DNA from: Alphaproteobacteria bacterium
GTDB lineage: Bacteria > Pseudomonadota > Alphaproteobacteria > Bin95
Length of the DNA: 64,000 bases
Reading direction: 5' to 3'
Assembly: GCA_965205265.1 (NCBI GenBank)
Contig: CBDBGH010000003.1
Location: 4,128,001-4,192,000, forward strand
Part shown: positions 45,777-55,246 of the stretch, piece after piece
Numbering within the stretch: position 1 is the stretch's first letter
Layout: the number at the start of each line of letters is the position of its first letter
Translations under genes and position numbers: made by a program
Notes under the pieces: model-generated
What the model was told of the DNA's origin: nothing
Databases searched by the model: none
The model's input: only the letters and a program-made list of their open reading frames with translations

Positions 45777-45954
45777 GACCGGGGCAGTTCGGACCTGTCC
45801 GTCCCTGGTCGCATATTCTGCGGAGTTTCGGGAACGGGCCGCTGACGAGATCGAACGATTGCCCAGGGACTCCGCGGTCGTTGCAATGCTGGCGGACTAT
45901 GCTTCGATGAGACAACAGACACGCGCCTGTATCGGAAGCGAGGCGGACTCCTGA
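45706..45954 (+). CDS. Small lipoprotein (Rz1/o-spanin-like) overlapping the end of the GD gene
   Basis: RBS GGAGG 45694-45698, GTG start, lipobox LTAC, CP..V.YS...LP....LADY..R...RAC. Confidence 0.65.
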   Translation: MARKRAAVLAAATLLTACAAGASETGAVRTCPSLVAYSAEFRERAADEIERLPRDSAVVAMLADYASMRQQTRACIGSEADS

Positions 45955-45980
45955 AAAACCGAGCCGGGGGAGGAAGGACA

Positions 45981-46610
45981 ATGGCCCGATACGGTTTCGC
46001 GCACCGAAGCGCCCGCTTCGCCAGGATCGCCGAGTGCGTGGATATCGCTCCGCTGCTGGAAGAGCTGGATGCGGGATCGGATATGTGGTCCGTGGACACA
46101 AGCCGCCAGCGGAAGGTCCGGTGCCAGCGCCACACCCGGAACATCTTCCTGCGAGCGCCGAAAAAACCCCTTCCGCCGGGCGCAAAGAACGCCAACGATG
46201 TCCATGAAAGCCGCCTCACGTCAGCGGCTGGCAGGTTTCCCCTTGCTTTGGCGTTCTGCGAGCGGGTCGCCGCCGAACTCGACGCGGAGCTCGGGCGGGC
46301 GACCCTGGTAACGCTGCTTCCGAAGAGCCGGGTCTACCCGCATGTCGATGCCGGAGCCTACTACCGGGTCCGGGACCGCCTGCATCTTGTGCTCAAGAGC
46401 CCGCAGGGAAGTCCGCTTACCGCCGGCGACGAGACCGTCGTCATGCGCGAGGGAGAGCTCTGGGCATTCGACAACAAGGCCCGGCATTTCGCCGACAATC
46501 CCTCCAGCAGGCCCCGCGTGCATCTGATTTTCGATGTCCTGCCGGCTCCGGGCCGCGGCTTCTACGCCTTGCCCCTTCCCGCCGGGAGCCCGCCATCGTT
46601 ACGCATTTGA
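45981..46610 (+). CDS. Aspartyl/asparaginyl beta-hydroxylase-family Fe(II)/2OG dioxygenase
   Basis: PHVD (HxD), [14 protein letters not shown]...H...[11 protein letters not shown]. Confidence 0.82.
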   Translation: MARYGFAHRSARFARIAECVDIAPLLEELDAGSDMWSVDTSRQRKVRCQRHTRNIFLRAPKKPLPPGAKNANDVHESRLTSAAGRFPLALAFCERVAAELDAELGRATLVTLLPKSRVYPHVDAGAYYRVRDRLHLVLKSPQGSPLTAGDETVVMREGELWAFDNKARHFADNPSSRPRVHLIFDVLPAPGRGFYALPLPAGSPPSLRI

Positions 46611-48161
46611 AGAGCGTCCGCCGAATTCCATCGGGCGGAGAACCTTGATCGCTGCCGCCAGGGCATGCGCCGCCGAGTCCACCCGCACCGCGTTGTCGTA
46701 AACTTCCGTTCGCAGCGCTCCCAGAACACGCTCCGGCCGGGCGACGTAGAACATGTCGCGCCAGTTCCGAAACTGGAGTTGCCCGAGCGACCTCAATCCG
46801 CGCCGGATGGCGCGCTCGTAAGCCGCCGCCCGTCGTTTTTCTCCGAGCGCGCGGGCAAGCGCCGCGGCGTCCGCCAGCCCTTCCAGATACGCCCCGGTGG
46901 AGGCGGCGTGCGGGGGACCGAACTCGGGACGGCGCGGATCGTAGAACCTGCCGCGCATGTCGGCCTCGAGTCCGTCCCACTGCTGCATCGGCAGGAGCCA
47001 GTCGTTCATCTCCAGAACGAAATCCGCAAATTCGCGGCGACCGGTCTGCGCGTACAATGACGCGCAAGCCTGCGTATGCCAGGGTACGAAGGCCGGGTTC
47101 CGTTTCCTGCGGTGCCTCTCGCGGCACCGCTCGAATGCCGCCTTGCAACGCTCGACGGTCGGCGCCAGCGGAAACCTTCGTCGAAGCGCCTCGGCCCAGA
47201 ACAGCAGCGCTTCGCCGGAATAGAAGTTCCAGTTCTCGCCGTCGCGCTCTGCCGGGAAGAAGAACGTGCGGAACCCAAGCTCGCTATGCACCAGCGAGTC
47301 GATGCCCGCCGTCAGCATGGCCAGCTCCTCCGCAAATTCTTCCCTTGCGGGGTTCTCCAGAATGGCCAGCCCCGCGAGCGCAGCAGCGCCGAGCTTCGCT
47401 CCGCTGCGTTCCACAATCGCGCCTCGGCCATCGCCGAGCGGCCGAAAATACCGGGCCAGATTGAAGCGGAGGTTCAGCCGCGCCGCTTCCCGGATTTCGG
47501 CGGAATCGCGCAGCTTCGCCAGACGGGCGAGCGCCAGAGACGCCAGGAAGCGGCGAAGGGCATTGTCTGCGGGCGATTCCTCGCCCCGGCTCGGCCAGTA
47601 TTTGTAGGGGAGCGCCCCGTCGGCATCGAGATTGCGAAGCATCCACTCGCCGATTCCGTCTGCGAGGTCCGCCGCGCGCTCGCCGTCGCCGGTCGCCGCG
47701 GCTTCGACCGGCGTCCCGCCGCGAAAGAGTTCCACGGGCGGACGCCCGCTCCCCGGAGGCAACAGATACTGCCTTGCGGCAAAGGACCGGAGGCCGCCTT
47801 CGGCCGCGAAGTCTTCGCGGCTGGCTCCTCGTTCTTCGAGAAACCTCTCGAGAGCGCGGTCGAAGCCGAGATTCGCCGCCAGCATGCGCGTCGGCGCGAG
47901 GCGGAGAAACGCGCCCCGGAATTCGATCTCCATCCCCACCAGGCCGCGGACGCGCGGATAAAAGACCCGCGCGAAACGCTTCTGCGCAACGCGCCGGAAG
48001 TTGCCGGCGACGCATACCTCAACCGCTTCGTCGGCGCGCGCGCCGACAAGCTTGCGCAGGTCCGCCAGCGCATCGCAATCGACCCAGCCGGCGCGGCGCG
48101 CCGCCCCGTTTCGACGAATGCAGAACCAGGTATCGCCGTCCGGGCTCCGCCGGGGGTTCAA
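46599..48161 (-). CDS. Hypothetical enzyme: possible AMMECR1-like N-domain plus alpha/alpha-toroid domain
   Basis: TTG start coupled to the LuxR stop with RBS GGAGG; motifs YKYWP..DNALR, KLGAAAL, FYSGEA, YLEG, RVD..H. Confidence 0.55.
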   Translation of the reverse strand: MNPRRSPDGDTWFCIRRNGAARRAGWVDCDALADLRKLVGARADEAVEVCVAGNFRRVAQKRFARVFYPRVRGLVGMEIEFRGAFLRLAPTRMLAANLGFDRALERFLEERGASREDFAAEGGLRSFAARQYLLPPGSGRPPVELFRGGTPVEAAATGDGERAADLADGIGEWMLRNLDADGALPYKYWPSRGEESPADNALRRFLASLALARLAKLRDSAEIREAARLNLRFNLARYFRPLGDGRGAIVERSGAKLGAAALAGLAILENPAREEFAEELAMLTAGIDSLVHSELGFRTFFFPAERDGENWNFYSGEALLFWAEALRRRFPLAPTVERCKAAFERCRERHRRKRNPAFVPWHTQACASLYAQTGRREFADFVLEMNDWLLPMQQWDGLEADMRGRFYDPRRPEFGPPHAASTGAYLEGLADAAALARALGEKRRAAAYERAIRRGLRSLGQLQFRNWRDMFYVARPERVLGALRTEVYDNAVRVDSAAHALAAAIKVLRPMEFGGRSSNA

Positions 48162-48651
48162 CCCGCCTCCCGCCCGCTGTCCGGCCCTTCCTCGCGAGGC
48201 GAAGAGTCGCTGGGAATGGACATGAGCAGCGGCTGAAGGATCTCGGCCACGAATTCCGCCCTCCCGCTGACGCCGGCCTTTGCATAGAGCGATGTGGCCT
48301 GCAATCGCGCGGTGCTTTCCTTGACTCCCCGGATCCTGGCAATCTCGGAGAAGCGGAACCCCTTGATGATGAACCAGGCAACGTCTCTTTCGCTGCGCGT
48401 CATCCGCCACTCGGCCATCCGCTCGTCGATGCTTTCTGCGAGCGCCGTGGAAAACAACCTGTTCCGGCGTTCTTCGCGATTCAGCCGCACACGCAAACGG
48501 CGCAGGTCCCTGAGGCCGAGGACAAGCGCTATCGATACGCCGATGAACACGACGAGTTCGGTGATGAAGTGGAACGACCCGTACTCGTCTTCGTACAACC
48601 AGTCCGCAACGAGGTCGTAGGCAAAGAACAGTATCGCGCATGCAAGCACGG
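48158..48651 (-). pseudogene. Membrane-anchored LuxR-family regulator, 3' part (interrupted by IS21)
   Basis: Two TM segments plus TRSERDVA..IKG...EIA..R.....LYAKAGVSGR HTH. Confidence 0.8.
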
Positions 48652-49033
48652 TGTCGGTGATTATCATAAAGGGCGCATATTTGCTGGCGTAGCGCGCTTT
48701 TGTGGTGCGCACGACAAACAGCGTGAGACAGGCGCGGCCGGGTTTATGACGGGGGCCGAGGACGGAAGGAGGGCGTAGCCCGACCGGAGTCCTCGGCCCC
48801 CGTCGCGTTGAGATTTTCGCCTCCCGGAGGGCGGCGACGTCCTGGCGACCGGGTTGGCCGTTCCCGGGCTGCGGCAGGGGGTAGACTGGGGCTTCTGAGA
48901 ACGATGCGGCGCCGGCCCCGTTGGCTTGGTGGCAACGACCGGCGCCGCACCCCCCGAGCCATGCAAGGCGCGGCCCGGAAGCGCAGTATCGTGCGCGTCC
49001 GGGCGTGGGTCCACCCCGTTCTCATCGGTCGCG

Positions 49034-49468
49034 ATGAGGAACGCCGCCCGCCTGTTCACCTGCGCCCTGTGCCGCCGCCAGGTGGTTCTCTGCCGGCGCT
49101 GCGACTCTGGCCATATCTACTGTTCGCCGCGTTGCAGCGGGCGGGCGCGGCGTCGGTCGGTGCGCCTTGCGGGGCAGCGCTACCAGAACAGCCGCCGGGG
49201 CCGTCACAAGCATGCCGAGCGCCAGCGGCGCTACCGCGAACGGCGCCGTGTGCGGCAGCCGGCAGTTCGGGCCATCGCGCAGAAAGTGACGCATCACCCT
49301 TTGACCGTCGCGCGCCGGCGTCCTGATGTGGCGCGCATACCGGCGGGGCGGTCCGGAACCCGGCCCTTCGGGCCCGACCGTCCCGCCCGGGTGTTCCGCT
49401 GCGAGCGCTGCGGTCGGTTCTGCGGCCTGGCGGTCTATCCGGGCCTGCGCCAGGCGCGAAGGGAGTGA
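49034..49468 (+). CDS. Cys-rich (Zn-finger-like) basic accessory protein upstream of istA
   Basis: CALC, CRRC, YCSPRC, CERCGRFC. Confidence 0.7.
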   Translation: MRNAARLFTCALCRRQVVLCRRCDSGHIYCSPRCSGRARRRSVRLAGQRYQNSRRGRHKHAERQRRYRERRRVRQPAVRAIAQKVTHHPLTVARRRPDVARIPAGRSGTRPFGPDRPARVFRCERCGRFCGLAVYPGLRQARRE

Positions 49469-49469
49469 G

Positions 49470-50975
49470 ATGGCGATCGACAAGCAGACCCGTGCCGAGA
49501 TCCAGCGGCTGTATTTTGCCGAGAAGTGGAGGATCGGCACGATCGCGCGCCAGCTCGGCGTCCACCACGGCACGGTCGAGCGCGCGGTAGCGGCCGCCGG
49601 GGCGCCCGCGCGTGAGAGGCGGCGCAGGGCTTCGATGATCGATCCGTTCCGGCCCTTCATCCGCCAGACCCTGGCGGTCTGGCCCAGGCTGCCAGCCAGC
49701 CGGCTCTACCAGATGGCGGTCGAGCGCGGCTACCGGGGCAGCCAGAGCCACTTCCGGCGCATGATCGCGCCGGAGCGCCCGCGGCCTGTGGCCGAGGCCT
49801 ATCTGCGCCTCAAGACCCTGCCCGGCGAGCTGGCCCAGGTGGACTGGGCCCACTTCGGCAAGGTGAGGATCGGGCGCGCGGAGCGCCCGCTGATGGGCTT
49901 CGTGATGGTGCTGAGCTACTCGCGCCGCATCTTCCTGCACTTCTACCTCAATGCCGCGATGGACAACTTCCTGCGCGGCCATGTCGAGGCCTTCGAGGCC
50001 TGGCAGGGCGTGCCCCGCGAGCTATGGTACGACAACCTGAAGAGCGTCGTGCTGGAGCGCCAGGGCGACGCCATCCGGTTCAACCCCCGGCTCCTCGACT
50101 TCGCCGCCCGCTACCGCTTCCTGCCCAAGCCGGTCGCGGTCGCGCGCGGCAACGAGAAGGGGCGCGTGGAGCGCGCCATACGCTATGTGCGCGACAACTT
50201 CTTCGCCGCCCGCGCCTGGCGCGACCTCGACGACCTGAACGCCCGGGCCCGCGCCTGGTGCGACGGCGTCGCCGCCGACCGTCGCTGGCCGGACGACCGC
50301 TCCCTCACCGTGCGCGAGGCCTTCGAGCGCGAGCGCGGCTCCCTGATGGCGCTGCCCGACGACCGGCCCCCCGTCGACGAGAGGGTCGAGGTCAGGATCG
50401 GCAAGACCCCCTACGCCAGGTTCGACCTCAATGACTATAGCGTCCCGCATACCCATACGCGGCGCACCCTCACCGTGGTCGCGACACTGGAGGAGGTACG
50501 CATCCTCGACGGCGCCGACACCGTCGCCCGTCATCCGCGCAGCTTCGACAAGGCGGCCCGCATCGAGACCCCCGAGCACATCGAGGAGCTGGTCAGGCTC
50601 AAACGTCACGCCCACCGCCTGCGCGGGCAGAGCCGCCTTCTCCAGGCCGCCCCCGACAGCGAGCGCCTGCTTGCCGAGACCGCCAGGCGCGGCGGCAATA
50701 TCGGCACAACCGTCGCCTCCCTGCTGCGCCTGCTCGACGACTACGGAGCCGTCGAACTCGAAGCCGCCATCGATGAAGCCCTTGAGCGCGGCGTCCCCCA
50801 TCCCAATGCGGTGCGCTTCAGCCTGAACCGGCGGCGCGAACAGCGCAACGAGCCACCACCCATCCCCATCGACCTGCCCGGCGATCCAAGACTGCGCGAT
50901 ATCGCGGTCCGCGATCACGACCTCGGCGGATACGACGGGCTCGCAAGCCACCACGAGGAGGACAGCGAAGAATGA
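49470..50975 (+). CDS. istA: IS21 transposase IstA
   Basis: N-terminal HTH, AQVDW, YDNLKS, KGRVER. Confidence 0.93.
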   Translation: MAIDKQTRAEIQRLYFAEKWRIGTIARQLGVHHGTVERAVAAAGAPARERRRRASMIDPFRPFIRQTLAVWPRLPASRLYQMAVERGYRGSQSHFRRMIAPERPRPVAEAYLRLKTLPGELAQVDWAHFGKVRIGRAERPLMGFVMVLSYSRRIFLHFYLNAAMDNFLRGHVEAFEAWQGVPRELWYDNLKSVVLERQGDAIRFNPRLLDFAARYRFLPKPVAVARGNEKGRVERAIRYVRDNFFAARAWRDLDDLNARARAWCDGVAADRRWPDDRSLTVREAFERERGSLMALPDDRPPVDERVEVRIGKTPYARFDLNDYSVPHTHTRRTLTVVATLEEVRILDGADTVARHPRSFDKAARIETPEHIEELVRLKRHAHRLRGQSRLLQAAPDSERLLAETARRGGNIGTTVASLLRLLDDYGAVELEAAIDEALERGVPHPNAVRFSLNRRREQRNEPPPIPIDLPGDPRLRDIAVRDHDLGGYDGLASHHEEDSEE

Positions 50976-51757
50976 CCCTCAAGGACCGCGCCACGGCGCT
51001 CGGACTGCACGGCCTCCTCGCCCACTGGAGCGAGGTTGCGGAGCGCGACTGGCTCCCGCCCCTGATCGCATGGGAAGAGGAAGAGAGGCGAAGCCGAAGC
51101 CTCAGGCGACGCCTCACCGCCGCCCGCCTCGGACAGTTCAAGCCGCTCGCCGACTTCGACTGGGACTGGCCAAGGCGATGCGACCGCATGGCCGTCGAGG
51201 ACCTCATGACCCTCAACTTCCTCCGCGAGGGCGCCAATGTCGTCCTCATCGGCCCCAACGGCGTCGGCAAGTCCACAATCGCCGCCAATATCGCACACCG
51301 CGCCGTCCTCGAAGGCCACACCGTGCGCTTCGCAACCGCCGCCAGCCTGCTCGGCGAGCTCGCCGCCATCGACTCCGACACAATGCTCCAGCGCAGGCTG
51401 CGCTTCTACGCCCGCCAGCACCTCCTGGTCATCGACGAAGTCGGATATCTCTCCTACTCCAACCGTCATGCCGACCTGCTGTTCAATATCGTCTCAAGCC
51501 GCAGCCAGCAGCGCTCCACCATCATCACCACAAACCGCCCCTTCGCCGAGTGGAGCGAGGCCTTCCCCAACGCCGCCTGCCTCGTGGCCCTTGTCGACCG
51601 GCTCGTCCACAATGCCGAGATCCTCGCCATCGACGGCGACTCATACCGCCGCAAGGAGGCCGAGGAACGCCAGAAGCAGCGCAGCGCCGATCGCCGCCGG
51701 CGGCGATCGGCAAAAGGAGCGGGCAAGAGCACGGCGCAAGACACGGGGGATGCCTGA
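50972..51757 (+). CDS. istB: IS21 AAA+ helper ATPase IstB
   Basis: [27 protein letters not shown]. Confidence 0.95.
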   Translation: MTLKDRATALGLHGLLAHWSEVAERDWLPPLIAWEEEERRSRSLRRRLTAARLGQFKPLADFDWDWPRRCDRMAVEDLMTLNFLREGANVVLIGPNGVGKSTIAANIAHRAVLEGHTVRFATAASLLGELAAIDSDTMLQRRLRFYARQHLLVIDEVGYLSYSNRHADLLFNIVSSRSQQRSTIITTNRPFAEWSEAFPNAACLVALVDRLVHNAEILAIDGDSYRRKEAEERQKQRSADRRRRRSAKGAGKSTAQDTGDA

Positions 51758-52643
51758 GCCAGCCGTGCAGCATCTGCATCCATGGGATCGCCGCCTGCGG
51801 GCCGAGGGGCTGCGAAGCTGCCCCCTCGAAGACGTGGTCCACGCCCTCGGCTATCGCCGCGATCCCGCCGATGCCGCGCGCTGGAGACGAGCCGGTTCGG
51901 TCCTCTCCATCAACCGCTTCATGTTCTACGACCATCTGCGCGGAGAGGGAGGCGCCGGGGCCATCCAGCTGGCGGTTCATGCGCTCGGATGCCCAACGAC
52001 CGAAGCCCTCGACTTCCTCGCCCAACTGCCGCGCCACTCACGGCTCCCGAACAGTCGCTGTGAGGCGGAGCCCTCGTGCCAGGACCCTCGCTGGCCGGCG
52101 CTGCGGCAATACCTCATCGAGCAGCGCGGCCTCGCCGACGCGCTCGTCGAGCTATGCCGAGGCCTCGGCCTGATCCGTGCCGACCGGCGCGGCAATCCCG
52201 TGTTCCTCCGCCGAAACGCCGCCAGCAAGGTGGTCGGCATAGAGACCCTCCCCGCAGCGCAGGAGCCGGCCGCAGACGGCGGCTTCTGGATGTCATGGGA
52301 GCCCGACTGGCCCGGCACCGTCATCCTCACCGGCAGCGCCCTCGACGCCCTGTCGATCCTCTCCCTCCACCTCGTCCCGGAAAAACGCAGCAAATGCGCC
52401 GTCGTCTCCACCGGCGCCATCACGGCCAGAATCCCCAAATGGGTCGAGGCCTGGAACCCGCGCCGTATCTTCTGTGCCTGGGACGCTACACGATACGGCG
52501 ATCACGCCGCCCGCCGCATGCAAGACAACGACACAAGAATCGTCCGAATGCGACCGGCCCTCGAAAACCAGGACTGGAACGACATGCTCATCCGTGACCG
52601 CGACGGCGAGCCGCTCGAAACCGATGACCGCCCAATCAGATGA
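51750..52643 (+). CDS. DUF3991/Toprim primase-like cargo protein
   Basis: [37 protein letters not shown]. Confidence 0.65.
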   Translation: MPEPAVQHLHPWDRRLRAEGLRSCPLEDVVHALGYRRDPADAARWRRAGSVLSINRFMFYDHLRGEGGAGAIQLAVHALGCPTTEALDFLAQLPRHSRLPNSRCEAEPSCQDPRWPALRQYLIEQRGLADALVELCRGLGLIRADRRGNPVFLRRNAASKVVGIETLPAAQEPAADGGFWMSWEPDWPGTVILTGSALDALSILSLHLVPEKRSKCAVVSTGAITARIPKWVEAWNPRRIFCAWDATRYGDHAARRMQDNDTRIVRMRPALENQDWNDMLIRDRDGEPLETDDRPIR

Positions 52644-52737
52644 ACGCAACACCTAACCCATGCGACGCTGCTCGCAAGCCGCACAAACCGGCCGTTCCGC
52701 GCCAGCAAATAAACGCCCTTCCTAACCGTCGCTAACA

Positions 52738-52793
52738 AGCACGGAAAGCGCCAGGATGCGCTGCTGCAGGATTCCCCGGGACCTGCGCTTCAT
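52738..52793 (-). pseudogene. 5' part of the LuxR regulator separated by IS21
   Basis: Removing the IS and one TSD gives in-frame MKRRSRGILQQRILALS-VLACAILFF. Confidence 0.8.
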
Positions 52794-52986
52794 GCGAGCG
52801 TTCACCCGCATGTCGCAATCGGGATACAGACCTCCAACATCGCCGCAGTATAGACCGCCACGCAACCCTGTCAGCACCGGGGTTTGCCCGATGGCCGGCG
52901 GGGATAGCCGCTTCGCCTGCGCAAAGCGCCGCGGGCGGGCGCAGGGAAGGCCCGGGGCACGGCCCTGTCTTCCCGACGCCGCTGCT

Positions 52987-53586
52987 TCAGCAGCCTTCGA
53001 GCATGGCGCGGTAGTGGTCGGCGCTGCGGTCGGTCGAGAGCGTGCGGTCCAGCTCGGCGATGCTGCGCAGCGCGCGTTCGGAACGCCCGATTCCGGGAAG
53101 CGCCGTCAGCACGCGGAAGCAGCAAACATTGAGGATGTGGTCGAGCCTGAGCGCCGCATCCACCGTCACATCCCGGAACCCGCCGCCCTCCTTGAGCGCC
53201 GAGCAGGTCACCTGCGCGCTCAGGCTCTCATGGAACGGCAGGTCCCCGCCATCGTCCGGCAGGGCCTCGCCGAACAGTTCCGCAAGCTCCCTCAGCATCC
53301 GGCGGGGCGGACGCTCATGCAGCCGGCCGCGATAGCTGTAGCCGGTGCTGGCGTAGCTGTCGCTGTCGGTCAGCACCGGCTGCCGGCTGCCGGAGACCAC
53401 CGTGTCGAACAGGCGGTCGAGCAGTTCCGTGTGCCGCTCGACCAGGGCGCGCATCGCCTCCCTGACTTCCTCCGCGCCCTCGCCTTCGCCGGGAATGAGG
53501 ACATATTGCAGGCGCAGCGACTCCAGCCCGCCCTCGCTGCCCCGGAGCGAGAAGTCGTAGGAAAACCGCGACAGTTCGGTTCTCAC
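52987..53586 (-). CDS. Hypothetical protein
   Basis: Follows nadE by 4 bp on the same strand; normal composition. Confidence 0.6.
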   Translation of the reverse strand: MRTELSRFSYDFSLRGSEGGLESLRLQYVLIPGEGEGAEEVREAMRALVERHTELLDRLFDTVVSGSRQPVLTDSDSYASTGYSYRGRLHERPPRRMLRELAELFGEALPDDGGDLPFHESLSAQVTCSALKEGGGFRDVTVDAALRLDHILNVCCFRVLTALPGIGRSERALRSIAELDRTLSTDRSADHYRAMLEGC

Positions 53587-53590
53587 GGCG

Positions 53591-55246
53591 CTATGCCCTG
53601 CCGCGATAGCCGTTGACGATGGGATAGCGGCGGTCGCGGCCGAAGGCGCGGCGGGTGAGCTTGACGCCGGGCGGGGCCTGGCGGCGCTTGTATTCGGCGA
53701 TGTCGAGCATCCGCCAGACGCGCTCCACGGTCTCGACGCCGTGGCCGCGCGCCGCGATCTCGGCTACCGAAAGTTCGTCCTCGATCAGGCATTCCAGAAT
53801 GTCGTCGAGCGCATCGTAGGGCGGCAGGCTGTCCTGGTCGGTCTGGTCGGGGCGCAATTCGGCCGAGGGCGGCTTGTCGATGATGTTCTGCGGCACGACG
53901 GGCCCGGCGGGCCCGAGCGCGCCTTCCGGGCGGTTGCGGTTGCGCCAGTCGGCGAGCGCGAAGACGGTCGTCTTGTACACGTCCTTCAGCACGTTGTAGC
54001 CGCCGCACATATCCCCGTAGAGGGTGGCGTAGCCGACCGACATTTCCGACTTGTTGCCGGTGGACAGCACCATGTGGCCGAACTTGTTGGAGAGAGCCAT
54101 CAGGGTGAGCCCGCGCGCGCGGGCCTGGATGTTCTCTTCCGTCGTGTCTTCGCCGCGGTTCCCGAAGGCGCTTGCCAGCATCCGCCCGAAGGCCCCCATC
54201 GCCGGTTCGATGGAGATCGTCTCGTAGGAGGCGCCGAGCGCAGTCGCCGCCTCCAGCGCATCGTCCAGCGAAGCCTGCGAGGTGTAGGGCGAGGGCATCA
54301 TCACACAGCGCACCCGCTCGGCGCCCAGCGCATCCACCGCCACCGCCGCCGAGAGCGCGGAATCGATGCCGCCGGAAAGGCCCAGCACCACGCCCGGAAA
54401 GCGGTTCTTGTTCACATAGTCGCGCAAGCCCAGCATCATCGCCGAGTAGATGTCGGACAGATCGTCCCCGCCCTCCGCCATCGGCCCGGCTACGCAGTCC
54501 ATGCCGTCCGCGCCGCGCTCCCAGCGCGTGATCGCCACGCTCTCCGTCCAGGCGGGAAGCTGGGCCCTCAGCGCCCGGTCGCGGCCGAGCACGAAGGAAG
54601 CGCCGTCGAACACCAGTTCGTCCTGCCCGCCCACCTGATTGACATAGGCAAGCGGCAGGCCGCTCTCCACCACGCGCTCGACCGCGATGTTGAGGCGGAT
54701 GTCGTCCTTGGTCGTCTCGAAGGGCGAGCCGTTCGGCACGAGCAGCATCTCGGCGCCGTTCTCCTCCAGGCATTCGACCACGGAGGGCTGCCAGATGTCC
54801 TCGCAGATCGGCACGCCGATGCGCACATCGCGAAAGGATATCGGCCCCGGCATCTCGCCCGCGTCGAACACGCGCTTCTCGTCGAACACGCCGTAATTGG
54901 GCAGCAGCACCTTGTGGCGGACGGCCGCCACCTCGCCCTCATCCAGCAGTGCGACGGCGTTGTAGAGCCGACCGTCCTCCTGCCAAGGCAGGCCGACCAG
55001 CAGCGCGGGGCCGCCGTCGGCGGTTTCCGCCGCCAGCGCCTCGCAGGCCTCCCGGCAAGCCTTCTGAAAGTCGGGCTTCAGCACGAGGTCCTCCGGCGGG
55101 TAGCCGGAGAGCGCCAGCTCCGGGAAGACGACGAGATCGGCGCCTTCCGCGTCGGCGCGCGCGTGGCGGATGCGGTCCGCATTGCCGGCCACATCGCCCA
55201 CGGTCGGATCGATCTGGGCGATGGCGATGGAGAGCCGGTCTGTCAC
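53591..55246 (-). CDS. nadE: Glutamine-dependent NAD+ synthetase
   Basis: FPEL..GYPPED, ICED, SGGIDS, NKSE, PSAEL. Confidence 0.96.
   Translation of the reverse strand: MTDRLSIAIAQIDPTVGDVAGNADRIRHARADAEGADLVVFPELALSGYPPEDLVLKPDFQKACREACEALAAETADGGPALLVGLPWQEDGRLYNAVALLDEGEVAAVRHKVLLPNYGVFDEKRVFDAGEMPGPISFRDVRIGVPICEDIWQPSVVECLEENGAEMLLVPNGSPFETTKDDIRLNIAVERVVESGLPLAYVNQVGGQDELVFDGASFVLGRDRALRAQLPAWTESVAITRWERGADGMDCVAGPMAEGGDDLSDIYSAMMLGLRDYVNKNRFPGVVLGLSGGIDSALSAAVAVDALGAERVRCVMMPSPYTSQASLDDALEAATALGASYETISIEPAMGAFGRMLASAFGNRGEDTTEENIQARARGLTLMALSNKFGHMVLSTGNKSEMSVGYATLYGDMCGGYNVLKDVYKTTVFALADWRNRNRPEGALGPAGPVVPQNIIDKPPSAELRPDQTDQDSLPPYDALDDILECLIEDELSVAEIAARGHGVETVERVWRMLDIAEYKRRQAPPGVKLTRRAFGRDRRYPIVNGYRGRA

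Larger units (their letters stand above)
48652..52737 (+). mobile_element. IS21-family element, 4086 bp, four ORFs, 7-bp target duplication AGCACGG
   Basis: TGT..ACA ends with 27/38 TIR identity; AGCACGG at 48645-48651 and 52738-52744. Confidence 0.9.

Noticed and set aside
45266-46219. Minus-strand (Ser-Pro)n ORF and the other alternative frames over the repeat
   Set aside because: Its Pro codons would be only CCA/CCG, which is explained by GAY (Asp) on the plus strand; it is also antisense to the hydroxylase and has no leader. The other frames give variable residues.
48162-48641. N-terminal 160 aa of the 680-aa ORF 46599..48641
   Set aside because: Overlaps the LuxR gene in another frame; a better TTG start with RBS exists at 48161
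48668-48712. Track start of the LuxR ORF (MRTTKARY)
   Set aside because: Lies inside the IS21 left end; the native start is at 52793 (or 52811)
52825-52860. Imperfect 12-bp direct repeat (tacagacctcca/tatagaccgcca) as the IS21 right end
   Set aside because: The TSD fixes the end at 52737; the repeat could be a LuxR upstream site but is too weak to call
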